NCBI RefSeq assembly: GCF_001194135.2
Contig: NC_068994.1
Coordinates: 16,455,406 to 16,519,405 of the forward strand
Source of the DNA: Octopus bimaculoides
Taxonomy: Eukaryota
Direction: 5' to 3'
Length of the DNA stretch: 64,000 bases
Below, piece by piece: positions 25,301 through 38,400 of the stretch. Position numbers and translations under genes: made by a program. The notes under the pieces were generated by a model. That model saw only the letters and a list, made by a program, of their open reading frames with translations, ran no database searches and was not told the DNA's origin. How positions within the stretch are numbered: the stretch's first letter is position 1; each line of letters starts with the position of its first letter.

Positions 25301-26175
25301 ATTTACTGAGCTACATAAATAGACACAATGTGGAGGCCGGATTTATAAGTGAAACAGTACAAGAAATGATTTATAATTTTCCAAAGATCTAATATTTATG
25401 ACTTTCTGGACAGAGCATGGAGTTCAATTTCACCTGTGTATATATCTATGAGGTTGAGAGTTGTTGGTTCAGTTGGCTATATTCCTTGCTTAAGTAAGTC
25501 AGTATGAGAAATACACGTAAGCCCATGCTATTGTAATAGGCCCCGAGCTGGCAGAATTGTTAGCACGCAAGGCAAAATGCTGAAAGGCATTTCATCCGTC
25601 TTTATATTCTGAGTTTGAATTCCACTGAGGTCGACTTTGCCTTTCATCTGTTCGGGGTCAATAAAATAAGTATCAGTTGAGCACTGGATTCACAAACCAG
25701 GTCTAATTGCAATAAAGATCTATAGTGTACAGGATCTGTCCTCTTTATTTCGAGGTACAGCTTGCATGCCAGCTAAAATGTTTAGCAGCAATTCTCCCAT
25801 CTTTATGCTCCAAGTTCAAATTCCGCTAAGGTTGACTTGGTGTTTTTTATCCTTTTGGGCTTGATGAAATAAATACCAGTTGAGCACTGGGGTCAGTGTA
25901 ATTGACTTACCCCCTACCCTGAAATTGTTGGCCTTGTGCCAAAATTTTAAATGAATATTTATGGTTATTTTCCATGCTTAAGCACTACATCATCATAAAG
26001 TCATGTGTATATGTATGTATACATGTGTGTGTATATACACTCACACACACATATATCTATGCACAAATCTGTATGTCTGTTTATCTGTTTCTTTCTCATT
26101 TACACCCTGTGTGTGTGTATATGTATATGTATGTATACTAATACACATATATCTATTTCTACAAATATTTTCTAG

Positions 26176-26409
26176 ACTCAGGACATGTCCATTTCCCCGA
26201 GGAAGAAGTATCACATCACGAAGCTCAGATTCTGGTGCTAGATACAGGCAAAAACCATATTGATGTAAAGTTAGGCTTCTTACAACTTGACCATGTGTAT
26301 GAAGTAACGTTTGCCTTCAATCACAACCTGGGTGAAGATCTAATCATAGAACCAAAGGCCAAAAGGAATGCCTATGTAAAAGTACTCTCGTTTACACCAA
26401 CTAAAGACG
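26176..26409 (+). CDS. ADISSP: C20orf27/ADISSP homologue, coding exon 2
   Basis: Acceptor TTTTCTAG|, donor G|GTAGG. Translates to DSGHVHFPEEEVSHHEAQILVLDTGKNHIDVKLGFLQLDHVYEVTFAF...VKVLSFTPTKD, which matches the recalled human C20orf27 motifs HVHFDEK and VKVGFLKILHRYEITF. Confidence 0.92.
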
Positions 26410-26456
26410 GTAGGTTCTTGTTATTGTTGTTGCTTTAATAGTAAACTGTTGGTTAA

Positions 26457-27070
26457 CCCTTTAGCATTTAAACCAGCCATATCTGGCCCAGATATTTTAC
26501 CTGTTTTGTGCTCAAATCAGCTAGAACTGGTCTCGCACAACTACTCTGCAATGTCATTCTAAAAATCAACAACCACATCACTGAAATCTCAAAGCTATGA
26601 GATAATACATGTTTAATTCAAAAATTTGTGAATAAATAAGCTTTACATTTGACAAAGTTGTTGGCACTCCATCGCTTATGACATCGAGGGTTCCAGTTGA
26701 TCCGATCAACGGAACAGCCTGCTCGTGAAATTGACATGCAAGTGGCTGAGCACTCCACAGACATGTGTACCCTTAACGTAGTTCTTGGGAATATTCAGCG
26801 TGACACAGTGTGACAAGGCTGACCCTTTGAATTACAGGCACAACAGAAACAGGAAGTAAGAGCGAGAGAAAGTTGTAGTGGAAGAGTACAGCAGGGTTCA
26901 CCACCATCCCCTGCCGGAGCCTCGTGGAGCTTTAGGTGTTTTTGCTCAATAAACACTCACAACGCCCGGTCTGGGAATCAAAACCGCGATCCTATGACCG
27001 CGTGTTCGCTGCCCAAACCACTGGGCCATTGCGCCTCCACATTTGACAAAGTAATCTGAATGCTAAAGGG
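26457..27070. mobile_element. piggyBac-type non-autonomous MITE interrupted by a SINE
   Basis: TTAA on both sides (26453-56, 27071-74) and a perfect 12-bp TIR CCCTTTAGCATT/AATGCTAAAGGG. Related copies at about 32711-32935 and 44745-45333. Confidence 0.8.
26659..27038 (-). mobile_element. Family C SINE inserted into a piggyBac-type MITE
   Basis: Perfect 14-bp TSD ACATTTGACAAAGT at 26645-26658 and 27039-27052. Confidence 0.9.
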
Positions 27071-29681
27071 TTAATTAGCTCATCATATATACCTCTTTGT
27101 TATGTGTGTGTACTAAATTGCTTAATGGTATTTCATTTCATCATTCTATGCTGGGCTAATGGTCATCTTTTTCTTTATCCTTCCAAGATTATTTAAAATA
27201 AGTTTCAATTATCTCTTGATATTGATTCAGTTGGCTAAATCACTTTTTTTTTTTTTTTTTTTTTTTCAATCTTGGATTTTATCTCAACAGGAAACATAAT
27301 CTGTGATATTATTCTGCTGTAGTGTATGATATATATATATATATATATTTATATTTATTTCCACTTAAATGTAGATGCACACTTGTTTATATCACTAGTG
27401 GGGAGATAAATTCCTGTGATTTCCAGCGCGAAGACCACAAGATCACATGATTTTGACCTTCTTTGGTTTTGTCAATGATGGACACTCAACTGCTAGAGAT
27501 AGCAGCAACTTATCCCTACCACCAGTGATATATAGAAAAACAGTGCTAGAACAATTAGCCAGTGAGCTTGATAAAAAATATATATTAGTGACAGAGGCAG
27601 TATTAATACTGAAAGGTAATATTTATTCCCACTTAAACTTGGATGTTCTCTTAGAGCAATCTATATTGCAGTAGTTATGTGTGTGCGTATGTATATATTT
27701 GTGTGTGTGTGTGTATTATGCATTTTACTGGAAAAAAAAAAGAGAGTGAAGACGCCCTTCAGTTATGAATGACCATGGGATTACACCTAGAAAGTTACCC
27801 TCTGAGGCACAAGTCCAGGCAAGGTCGTAGGTCGTTTATGGAAGACCAGCAGTCACCCATGCGTACCAGCTTCTCCTCTCCATTGCCACCAATCTTATCT
27901 AAGGGAAAGGCAAAGGCAGATACAGTTTGGCACAAGCGATGTTGTGACTCATTTCTGCAGCTGAGTGAACTGGAACAGCATGAAGTAAAGTATCTTGCTC
28001 AAGAACACAATGTGTCTAGGAATCAAACTCACTACTTCATGATTGTGAACCCGGTACTCTAACCACTGAGCCATGCACCTTCACGCATTATACTACAGAA
28101 TGAAATCAAAGACATCTCATATTTATTTTGTACCTTGAGAGTACTCTCTCTCTCTCTCTCTCTNNNNNNNNNNCCTCTCTCTCAGCCATGTATTTTTCTT
28201 TTCAGTATGACATCTGTTTCTGGACCTCTATCCTACTTTCACCTCCTCCTTCAGTACTACACCGCTCTCAGATGAGAGGTCTTTCTCTGTGAGAACTTAG
28301 TGACCTCACTAGTGCTGGTGCTATGAACAAAGAAGCACCCAGTACACTGTAAAGTGGTTGGTGTTGGGAAGGGCATCTGGCTATAGAAACCATATCAAAG
28401 CAGACATTGGAGCTCAACACAACCCGTCTGGCTTGTCATTTCCTGTCAAACCATCCAATGCATGTCAGCATAGAAAAAGTAATACATCATTAAACAACAA
28501 TGTACTATTGTTATATTTTTTAGAATTTATACGTTGGGTTGGCCTGAAGCTATAATAGAAGATACTTGCCTCTGGAATTTGTAGATCAAATTTAATAATG
28601 TATGCTTTATCGATTGTTATTACTTATATGAGGCTCAGGTTAAGATATGTGGACGTGCAACTTTTGAATCAAACTGCAACTATTGTGTTACTGATGACAT
28701 ACATAACACTACTGCACACATGGTTAGTTATAGAAAGTGCATCTAACCATAAAAATAATTACTTCAACAACAAACAGAGCTGAGTTTGTTAAAGTGTATT
28801 GAAAAGAAAACTGTACAAATCAAAAGTTGCTTGAATAATTTATCTCCCTTAGATATTAACTAAGACATTACGCTCCCTCATCTCCTATATTCATTTCTGT
28901 CATTGGATTGTAGCCATGTTGGGCCACTGCAATGAAGGGTTTCAGTCAAGCAAAATCAACCCCAGCACATATTTTTTTATATCTGTTACTTATCCTATTA
29001 GTATCTTTTGCCAAACTGTTAGGTTACAAAGTTGTAAACAAGCCACACCTGTGTGTGTGTGTGTACATATATATATTATTTTACATGTTCCAGTCATGCT
29101 CGAGCTGTTGAAGAATTTTTAATTGACGGAATTGACCTCGGTCCTTATTTTTTTAAAGCCTGGTACTTATTCTATCAGTCACTTTTACTGAATCACTAAG
29201 TTGTGGGGATGTAAACACACTGACACCTGTTGACGAGCAGTGGCAGGGAACAAACACACACACACATATACAATGGGCTTTTTCCAGTTTCTGTCTACCG
29301 AATCCACTCACAAGGCTTTGGTTGGCCCAAGACTATAGAAGATGTCACTTGCCCAAGGTGCTGTGCAGTGGGATTGAACCTGGAACCATGTGGTTGTGAA
29401 GCAGCACACAAACACAGTGGGCTTTCACATGGCTTCCATCTACCTAATTCAAGGCATCGGTCAACCTGAAAGTTTTTTTGTATTTATCTTTTATTTTTTA
29501 CTTGTTTCAGTCATTTGACTGCAGCCATGCTGGGGCATTGCCTTGAAGGGTTTTAGTTGAACAAATCAACCCCAGGATTTATTCTATTGGTCTCTTCACT
29601 GAGTTACAGGGACATAAACACACCAACACCATTTCTCAAGTGGTGGTAGGGAGACAAACACAGACACACACATAAATATAT

Positions 29682-29731
<50 letters not shown>

Positions 29732-30134
29732 GACTAGCTTCTTTCAGTTTCTGTTTACCAAATCCACTTGCAAAGCTTTGGTTGTCCTGAGGCTATCATA
29801 GAAGACACTTGCACAAGGTGTCATGCAGTAAGACTGAACCGAGAACCATGTGGTTGGGAAACAAGCTTCTTTACCACACAGCCACACTATTAAATAATAC
29901 ATGACATTTTTAATTTCACATCTTTTATCTTTTACTTGTTTCAGTCATTGGACTGTGGCTAAGCTGGGGCACCACCTTATGTGTTTTAGTTGAACAAATC
30001 ATCTCCGCAGCATATATGTATATGTTTCATGCTTGAGAAAAGAGACAGAATTCTCTGATCATGTTGCAACCTTTAAAAATTATACTGTATACCTGTTATT
30101 TTTTTTTTCTCCCTCTCTCTCTCTTCCTATTCAG

Positions 30135-30263
30135 GGAAAGGTCATGATGTGGTGCTTAAATTTAATGCCCGAAAAGAACATGTGGTAAATGAAATCTTTC
30201 ATGTGTCAACTAAGACAAAACCAAAAAAGAAGCTAACACTACAGTTGTGTGCAAGAATTCTGG
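30135..30263 (+). CDS. ADISSP: C20orf27/ADISSP homologue, coding exon 3
   Basis: Polypyrimidine tract plus TTCAG| acceptor, donor G|GTGAGT, 129 nt, phase 1-1. GKGHDVVLKFNARKEHVVNEIFHV...LQLCARIL aligns with human GYSVKCEYSAHKEGVLKEEI...VTVQARVM. Confidence 0.9.
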
Positions 30264-31695
30264 GTGAGTTTGTGGTTTTGTTCAGTTGTTACAATAACTG
30301 TATATTATATCTTTTATCTTTTACTTCTTTCAGTCATTTGATTATGGCCATGCTGGGGCACCACATTGAAGAATTTTTAGTCAAATGAATCAAACCCAGT
30401 ACATTTTTTTTTTTTTTTTGAAACCTGGTATTTATTTCATCAGTCTCTTTTGCCAAACTGCTAAGTTACAGGGATGTAAACACACCAACACTGGTTGTTA
30501 AGTGGTGGTTGGGGACAAACACACACATTCACATGACAGGCTTCTTTCAGTTTCCGTTTACCAAGCCACTCACAAGGCAGGCTTCAGTTGACCGGGGCTA
30601 TATTAGAAGGCACTTGCCCAAGGTGCCACAGAGTGAGACTGAACCTGAACCCATGTGGTTGAGAAGGAAACTTCTTACCACAAGTCACACCTGCACCTAT
30701 GTATTGAATCCTTTTTACCCTCCCTCTTCCCCCAGTCTATTGTATTCTCTCTTATGCTCAGCTTTTGTACCTTGAGAGTTGCTCAGGTACCTTTCATCAC
30801 TACCATCTTTATCTTTTTCTTTACTATTCCCACCCTTATATAATGTGGGGTGGACATGTACAAAGGGGTGCTAAAAAGTTCCTGGCTTTGGGTAAAAGAA
30901 AATATGGAAGGATCAGTTAATTATGATTTTTTTCAACATATTCCCCTCTCAGATTCACACACTTATTGCAGTGGTCCTTCAGTTTTTCTAAGCCCTGCGA
31001 AAGAACTTGGAATACATAGGTGCAGGTGTGACTGTGTAATAAGAAATTTCCTTCTCAACCACATGGTTTCAGGTTCAGTCTCACTCTGTGGCACCTTGGG
31101 CAAGTGCCTTCTAATATAGTCCCACTGCATGGCACCTTCTACTATAGCCTCGGATCAACCAAAGCTTTGTGGGTGGATTTGATAGATGGGAAGTGAAAGA
31201 AGCCTGCTGTATGTGTGAGTGTGTCTTTGTGTCTGTGTTTGTCCACCACCACTACTTGACAACCGATGTTGGTGTGTATACATCCCCGTAATCTAGCAGT
31301 TCAGCAAAAAGTCACTGATAGAATAAGTACAAGGATTTTTAAAAAAATAAGGACTGGGGTCAATTTGTTTGACTAAAAGCCTTCGTGGGTGGCACCCCAG
31401 CATGGCCACAGTATAATGAATGAAACAAGTGAAAAATAGAAGACATAAGTATTTATGTATTATTGCCATTCAATAGATTATCACCTGTAGCCTTTACACT
31501 TTGAACTCTCTTGTAATTATGATAATCTTTGAGATATCTGTTGCATTACAACAGGAAGTACTATGCTTTTATTTAACATTTTTATGGTAACCGAGTATAA
31601 AGCATAACTTTCAGTCTGTATGATGACTGAGAGGAATTATCTAGGGAGGCATCTGATATGAAAGACAACAGTTGATCGAGTGCTAATATAGTTAA

Positions 31696-31915
31696 CCCTT
31701 TCGTTACCAACCCGGCTGAAACCGGCTCTGGCTCTGAGTACAAATGTCTTGTTTTCATAAGTTTTGAATTAAAATCTTCCACCAAACCTTAGTCGCAATT
31801 TATGTTCCTAACACTAGCTGAAAGATAACTAAGTTATTTTACTAAATTCTTTATTACATTTAAAGTAATTGAAAGAAACACAGAGCATCTCAGAATAAAT
31901 ACAGTAATGAAAGGG
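31696..31915. mobile_element. piggyBac-type MITE, second family
   Basis: TTAA flanks and TIR CCCTTTCGTTAC/GTAATGAAAGGG (11/12 match). Confidence 0.75.
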
Positions 31916-33561
31916 TTAATGTAGTGCAAATAAAAAGTATTTTTCAATTCATTAAAGTTATTCACGATATAATCCTTGCTGAGGCTTTGCACACAGAAGT
32001 GCAGACACATGGTCAACCATGACTGGCAAAAGGCCTAATCCTTTTGATTACCAACCTGTCCTGAGACCACCCTTGGTTCTATTATACAAATTCCTTCTTT
32101 TAAGATGATTGAAATAAAACCTTCCATCAAAACTACAGGTTAGTTTGTTCCAAAACACCAGCTTAATTATGACAAGGTGTTTTTTTTTTTTTATTGAATT
32201 CTTCATTAAATGATTAAAATTAAAACCTCCCATCAAAACTATGCCAAAACACCAGCTTAATAATGTTATTAAATTCTTTAGTAAATGATTAAAATTAAAA
32301 CCTTCCATCAAAACTACAGGTTAGTTTGTTCCAAAACACCAGCTTAANNNNNNNNNNNNNNNNNNNNNNNNNNNNNNNNNNNNNNNNNNNNNNNNNNNNN
32401 NNNNNNNNNNNNNNNNNNNNNNNNNNNNNNNNNNNNNNNNNNNNNNNNNNNNNNNNNNNNNNNNNNNNNNNNNNNNNNNNNNNNNNNNNNNNNNNNNNNN
32501 NNNNNNNNNNNNNNNNNNNNNNNNNNNNATGTTTGACTCTAATTCAGGCTTTGAGCAATCTTTTTCAAGAAGCAGGCTGCATGAGTTCTGGCTCATCATC
32601 AGGCAGGCTAAAAAAAAAAAATCAAAGTAATTTTCCATTAGACATGCCATTCAGAAAGCCCTGTGGGCTGCAGCTTGCTCATAACTGCTCTTATTATTTT
32701 ATTTTCTTTAACCCTTTAGTATTTAAACAGGCCATATCCAGCCCAAATATGCTTCCTGTTTTATGCTGTAGCTAGTCAGATCAAGCCTATCACACTTACT
32801 CTTCAATGCCATCCTAGAAATATACAATCTCATCATCGAAACTTTATAGCTACAAAATAAAACATGATTAATTATAAACAATGTCAATGAAAAAGCATAA
32901 CATTTGACAAAATAATCTGAATATGAAAGGGTTAAAGGTAGCAAGCTAGCAGGATTGTTAGCATGCCAGGCAAAATGCTGAGCAGCATTCTGGCTGTCTT
33001 TATGTTCTGAGTTCAAATTCCACCGAAGTTGACTTTACCTTTCATCCTTTTGATGATTCCATAATTTTACTTTGATTATTCAATATCGCCAAGGCAGTAA
33101 ACTGGCAGAATCATTATCCCAAAATGCTTAGCGGCATTTCATGTCTTTATGTTCTGTGTTCAAATTCCGCCATGGTCAGCTTTCCCTTTTATCCTTTTGG
33201 GGTCAATAAAATAAGGTAGTGCTCCAGCATGGCTGCCATCAAATGACTGAAACAAGTAAAAGAATACACACACAAACATGTATGTATGTGTGTGTATATA
33301 TCTATATATATATATAAAGGCTTTATGATGCAAACAGGAAAAATAGAACTCGAATATAGGGATCAATGTAATGGACTTACCCCATCCCCACCAAATTACT
33401 AGCCTTGTACCAAAATTTGGAAATCATTATTTTACTTTCTTTGTTAATCTGTAATGAATTAGCTTTACTTTTGTGAGTTTTTTTTTTTTTTGTTTTTTGT
33501 TTTTTTTTTATGTTATTCATTTTCTTTATTCTTTTTCTTTTTTTTATTTCAACATTGGCAG

Positions 33562-33665
33562 GTCCAGGAAAAGGTACTCCGATATTGAAGGAAGGTATCC
33601 ATATACTTCAGGTGCAGGATGAGTATGACTTGGATCCATCTGACTCACATGGCTACTCTGAATAA
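33562..33665 (+). CDS. ADISSP: C20orf27/ADISSP homologue, terminal coding exon
   Basis: Long T-rich tract plus GGCAG| acceptor. GPGKGTPILKEGIHILQVQDEYDLDPSDSHGYSE* aligns with human HGTPMLLDGVKCVGAELEYDSEHSDWHGFD. TAA at 33663-33665. Confidence 0.92.
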
Positions 33666-33666
33666 A
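33661..33666 (+). promoter_or_regulatory. Candidate polyadenylation signal AATAAA overlapping the stop codon
   Basis: GAATAAA spans the last codon and TAA. A GT/T-rich tract follows about 30-45 nt downstream. Confidence 0.35.
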
Positions 33667-34432
33667 TCAATTTCAGAGACAAAGGATCAAGAAAATGTTT
33701 TGTTTTTTTTGTATACATATATATATGTATTTATATATATGTATTTTTATTTTAAGTAAAGACTATTGCTAAACTAGTTTCACTAAACTTTTGACTCCTA
33801 GTAAATATTTCAAATCATCTTTGTTTCTAGTTTTATGAATTCAGTTAACTCTATCAAGCAACTTTTCATACATATACACGTAGGGGTATGATAGACGTAA
33901 TAATTAATTCTGTTTTTACATAGAAATATTGTTTAGCCTAAGTTAACCCTGATCAGTAGATCACTTGTGACCATCCCATCTTGTAAGAATATATAGAATA
34001 TTATCTGATATGTTTTGTCATTCATATAAGATAGAAGATGTGATTTGAGGGAGATTTGGCTGCTTTTTCGAGCAGAACAATTGACCAAAATAGGGGCTCC
34101 TTCGTTGGCTCGGTTACTTAGAATAGATATGAAACGCAATATGTGTACAGATGAGAAGTGTAAACACGGACACAGATGTGCCAATACGCAATTGAGAGTT
34201 TACATTTGTGTTATTCAAGTCTCAAGTAGACTGATTCTGATTGCAATCAAATAAATTTACCCATTACTTTTACACGCAATATTTTTTTCATCTCAAAACA
34301 CTCATTGGCCTGTGCAATATTTCTTATTATCTGCAATCATCAACAAAATAATCTATATCAGACTGTTCCAGTTGCACTTGTCAAACACATGTACACATAC
34401 CACTCACACATAACATAAAGACTCTCTCTCTT

Positions 34433-34473
<41 letters not shown>

Positions 34474-34621
34474 AGATGGATGAGGGTGGGATGGGGAATA
34501 AAGATAGGGCTAATAAGCTGCTTTCTCAAGCAGTTTTATTAGAAACACTCAATGTTGCAATGATTTATAACTTCCATGTAATGTACTGTGTTCAGACTGG
34601 TTCTTAATGACAGCTACAATT

Positions 34622-34663
<42 letters not shown>

Positions 34664-35254
34664 TGAAAGGGTAAAGGATTATCAATTTATTAATAAATTA
34701 ATAATTAATAATTTTTACCAAGCCTTTCGGTATGTAAGCACCATTATCGGTGTGGAACTTATTTAAAAGTTCTTATACATTTATACACAAAATTATATAT
34801 ATATACATACAGGTGCAAGCATGGCTGTTCGGTAAGAAGATTGCTTCCCAACCACATCATTCTGGGCTCAGTCCCACTGTGTGGCACCTTGGGCAGGTGT
34901 CTTCTATTATAGCCTCAGGCTAACCAAAGCCTTGTGAGTGGATTTGGTAGACAGAAACTAGAAGAAACCCATTGTATATATATATATATTCATGTGTGTG
35001 TGTCTTTGTGTCTGTGTTTGTCCCCCCACCATNNNNNNNNNNNNNNNNNNNNNNNNNNNNNNNNNNNNNNNNNNNNNNNNNNNNNNNNNNNNNNNNNNNN
35101 NNNNNNNNNNNNNNNNNNNNNNNNNNNNNNNNTATATATATATATATATAATATATATATATAATGTACTGTTCCATTATGGTAAGATCAACAAAATAAG
35201 TACTCCATTTGGTGAGAGATAAATATTATTCAATAGACACAATATTTGTTTTTA

Positions 35255-35311
35255 TGTGCTACAAATAGTTTCATATGTTGAGAAATACCTCATGCATATT
35301 CATCAGGCGCA
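35255..35311 (-). ncRNA. Type I hammerhead ribozyme motif (inverted copy of the neighbouring one)
   Basis: Minus strand TGCGC-CTGATGA-ATATG..TGAG..CTCA..CATAT-GAAA-C-TATTT-GTA-GCACA. All core nucleotides are present. Confidence 0.65.
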
Positions 35312-35352
35312 GACAACTTATCATCCTTTTTAGTTCATTATGATATGTGGTT

Positions 35353-35409
35353 TGTGCCTGATGAATATGTTTGGGCTATTTCTCAGTATATGAAATTATT
35401 AGTAGTACA
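35353..35409 (+). ncRNA. Type I hammerhead ribozyme motif
   Basis: Stem I TGTGC/GTACA, CTGATGA (35358-64), stem II about 7 bp, GAAA (35392-95), short stem III, GTA cleavage triplet (35402-04). Confidence 0.65.
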
Positions 35410-38400
35410 TAAAGACATGTATCTATCAAATAATATTATATATATATATATATAATCGATAGATATATACACATACAACAGGCTTCTATCTGTTTCCAGC
35501 TACCAGATTGAATCACAAGGCTTCAGTTGGCTCAGGGTCATTGTAGAAGACACTTGTCCAAGATACCATACAAGGGAATTGAACCCAAGACCACATAGTT
35601 GGGAAGCAATTTTCACAACCACACAGCCACACCTTGATCGATTAACATCAGTAGGGTGTATTTTTGTAATTTTGATTAGTCAAGGGTACACAAAGACTTA
35701 TAGCTGTTTAATTATGAATGGAGCCAGACATATATTATAACAAAACAGGAAAGGGAGAATTTTTTATAGTACTATTTATTCTCCATTATACGTGTTTCAT
35801 TTACTAATAGGATTTACCTGTTAGATAGACATGTAAGGAATTTCTTATTAGAAGTGACATTCGTCAGAGATCATATATNNNNNNNNNNNNNNNNNNNNNN
35901 NNNNNNNNNNNNNNNNNNNNNNNNNNNNNNNNNNNNNNNNNNNNNNNNNNNNNNNNNNNNNNNNNNNNNNNNNNNNNNNNNNNNNNNNNNNNNNNNNNNN
36001 NNNNNNNNNNNNNNNNNNNNNNNNNNNNNNNNNNNNNNNNNNNNNNNNNNNNNNNNNNNNNNNNNNNNNNNNNNNNNNNNNNNNNNNNNNNNNNNNNNNN
36101 NNNNNNNNNNNNNNNNNNNNNNNNNNNNNNNNNNNNNNNNNNNNNNNNNNNNNNNNNNNNNNNNNNNNNNNNNNNNNNNNNNNNNNNNNNNNNNNNNNNN
36201 NNNNNNNNNNNNNNNNNNNNNNNNNNNNNNNNNNNNNNNNNNNNNNNNNNNNNNNNNNNNNNNNNNNNNNNNNNNNNNNNNNNNNNNNNNNNNNNNNNNN
36301 NNNNNNNNNNNNNNNNNNNNNNNNNNNNNNNNNNNNNNNNNNNNNNNNNNNNNNNNNNNNNNNNNNNNNNNNNNNNNNNNNNNNNNNNNNNNNNNNNNNN
36401 NNNNNNNNNNNNNNNNNNNNNNNNNNNNNNNNNNNNNNNNNNNNNNNNNNNNNNNNNNNNNNNNNNNNNNNNNNNNNNNNNNNNNNNNNNNNNNNNNNNN
36501 NNNNNNNNNNNNNNNNNNNNNNNNNNNNNNNNNNNNNNNNNNNNNNNNNNNNNNNNNNNNNNNNNNNNNNNNNNNNNNNNNNNNNNNNTGTGAAATAAGG
36601 TTACCATTGGTTTCATGTTAAGAAAAGTAGGAAAATGTCCTAGTGTCTTAATTTTAACACTAGGACATTTTCCTACTTTTCTGAACATGAAACCAATGGT
36701 AGCCTTAATTCACAAATAATGAAATTTATATCCACCAATATGGTGTTGAGCACTCATTTTCATTGTTCAACATTTACATATATATACACACACACACACA
36801 TACATATCCCTGTATTGACCAGTCTATCAGATATTGTTATATTTGTTATATACCAGTGGTCACATTATGCTTCCTTGTATTGTCACAGCTTTTGAATGGT
36901 GCCACTCCACTGGCTAGGCAGGCGGGCCAAGATACTCCTTGGACAGAATGCTAGTCTCTCACAGAGTTATCCATTTGTGTACTGGAGCAATGTGAAATTA
37001 AATGTTTTAGCTGAAAAACACATAACACATCGTTGACCTAGGAATTGAAACCACAATTACAAGATTGTGTGTGCAACACCCTAATGAGCTGGCCATGCGC
37101 TTTTACACACACATACACACAAGCACTTTACTGAAAATGAATTTTTATTTCATGACTTGAGCTTCATGCAACCACAACCTAATGGCAAGAAACTCAAAAT
37201 GCAAGATAAATACTCAGTTTCAATGAAGCATATACTCTACAACAAGTATTGAGCATTGCTATCTCATTCATTCATTGCAATTTATGCTTGCAGTTATTAT
37301 TTACTTATATATGATATATATTATGTAATACATTATGTATTTATTATATATTGCATTATGTATATATCATATATAGTACAATATTTAAAACATTATATAT
37401 ATAATGTATAGAATACAGATTATGTAATATAAATTTTATATAATCCATTATGTGCTATTGCAGCAGTATTAAATTAGAATAGTCTTCTATATATTATACT
37501 TACTGTAGATACATCATTGAAAGGCAGTTTACTGTGGTATTTGTCCAGAAATAACATCTCTTATAGATGTGGTTTGTTTAAAAGCATAATATATACCAAA
37601 GGAAGCTAAAAATTATCCCAGCAGTGGCTATCCAGAACACCAGATGCATATCAGCCTTGTCAGGCCTTGTCATTGGAGATGTGCACAGTGAGTACATGCC
37701 ATTGATAAGGCCCAATGAGTCCAAAATGCATGTGGTATTTTTGCTAGTCACTGCTGAGATGGTATTTGTCTCCCTCCAATTTTTATTGTTTTTTTAAGCA
37801 CATCACATACACGAGAGATTATGAATTAACTTTCAACAATGCAGCTTTCTTTATGTATGATGCATAAATGGCTATACCATCTTATATATAATCAATAATC
37901 TAAGCCTGAAAGAAATGAATTTCTGTCAAAGGCCTGCAAAACTTTGAGTCACATGGAGCCAGATCAAATTGCTTCAGATAATATATATATATATATAAAT
38001 GACTGTAGTGTGGAAGGTGCTCGTTAGCCATTCAGTAACACACACAATGACTGTTGACTTCACTTAAACATTTATTGTTTGTTTTTTAATGGCTAATATG
38101 TGCTTTCTGACTGCCATCATTTTAGTTTCAATCCACACATATGTGATCTCTGATCAAATAACTCGTCTGGCAAGTATGCCTCCATTTCATATCGTTTAAC
38201 GTCCGCTTTCCATGCTAGCATGGGTTGGATTCACACATTTGCACACATTCAAAGATAGATTGTGTTGGTTGACATCTCACTCAGAATTTATATTTGAAGA
38301 GAAAGTATAATGTAAAACTTATTTTATTTTATGAGTCCTAACTTTAGTTAAAATGATGGCCTGAATGGATGGTGGAATTAACAGACATTGTTACTGGGAA

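Noticed and set aside
34660-34790. TA-flanked element (reverse-complement copy at 59140-59270) with a CCGATAA..GAAA hammerhead-like spacing
   Set aside because: The core has two substitutions and stem I cannot be formed. Too degenerate to support.
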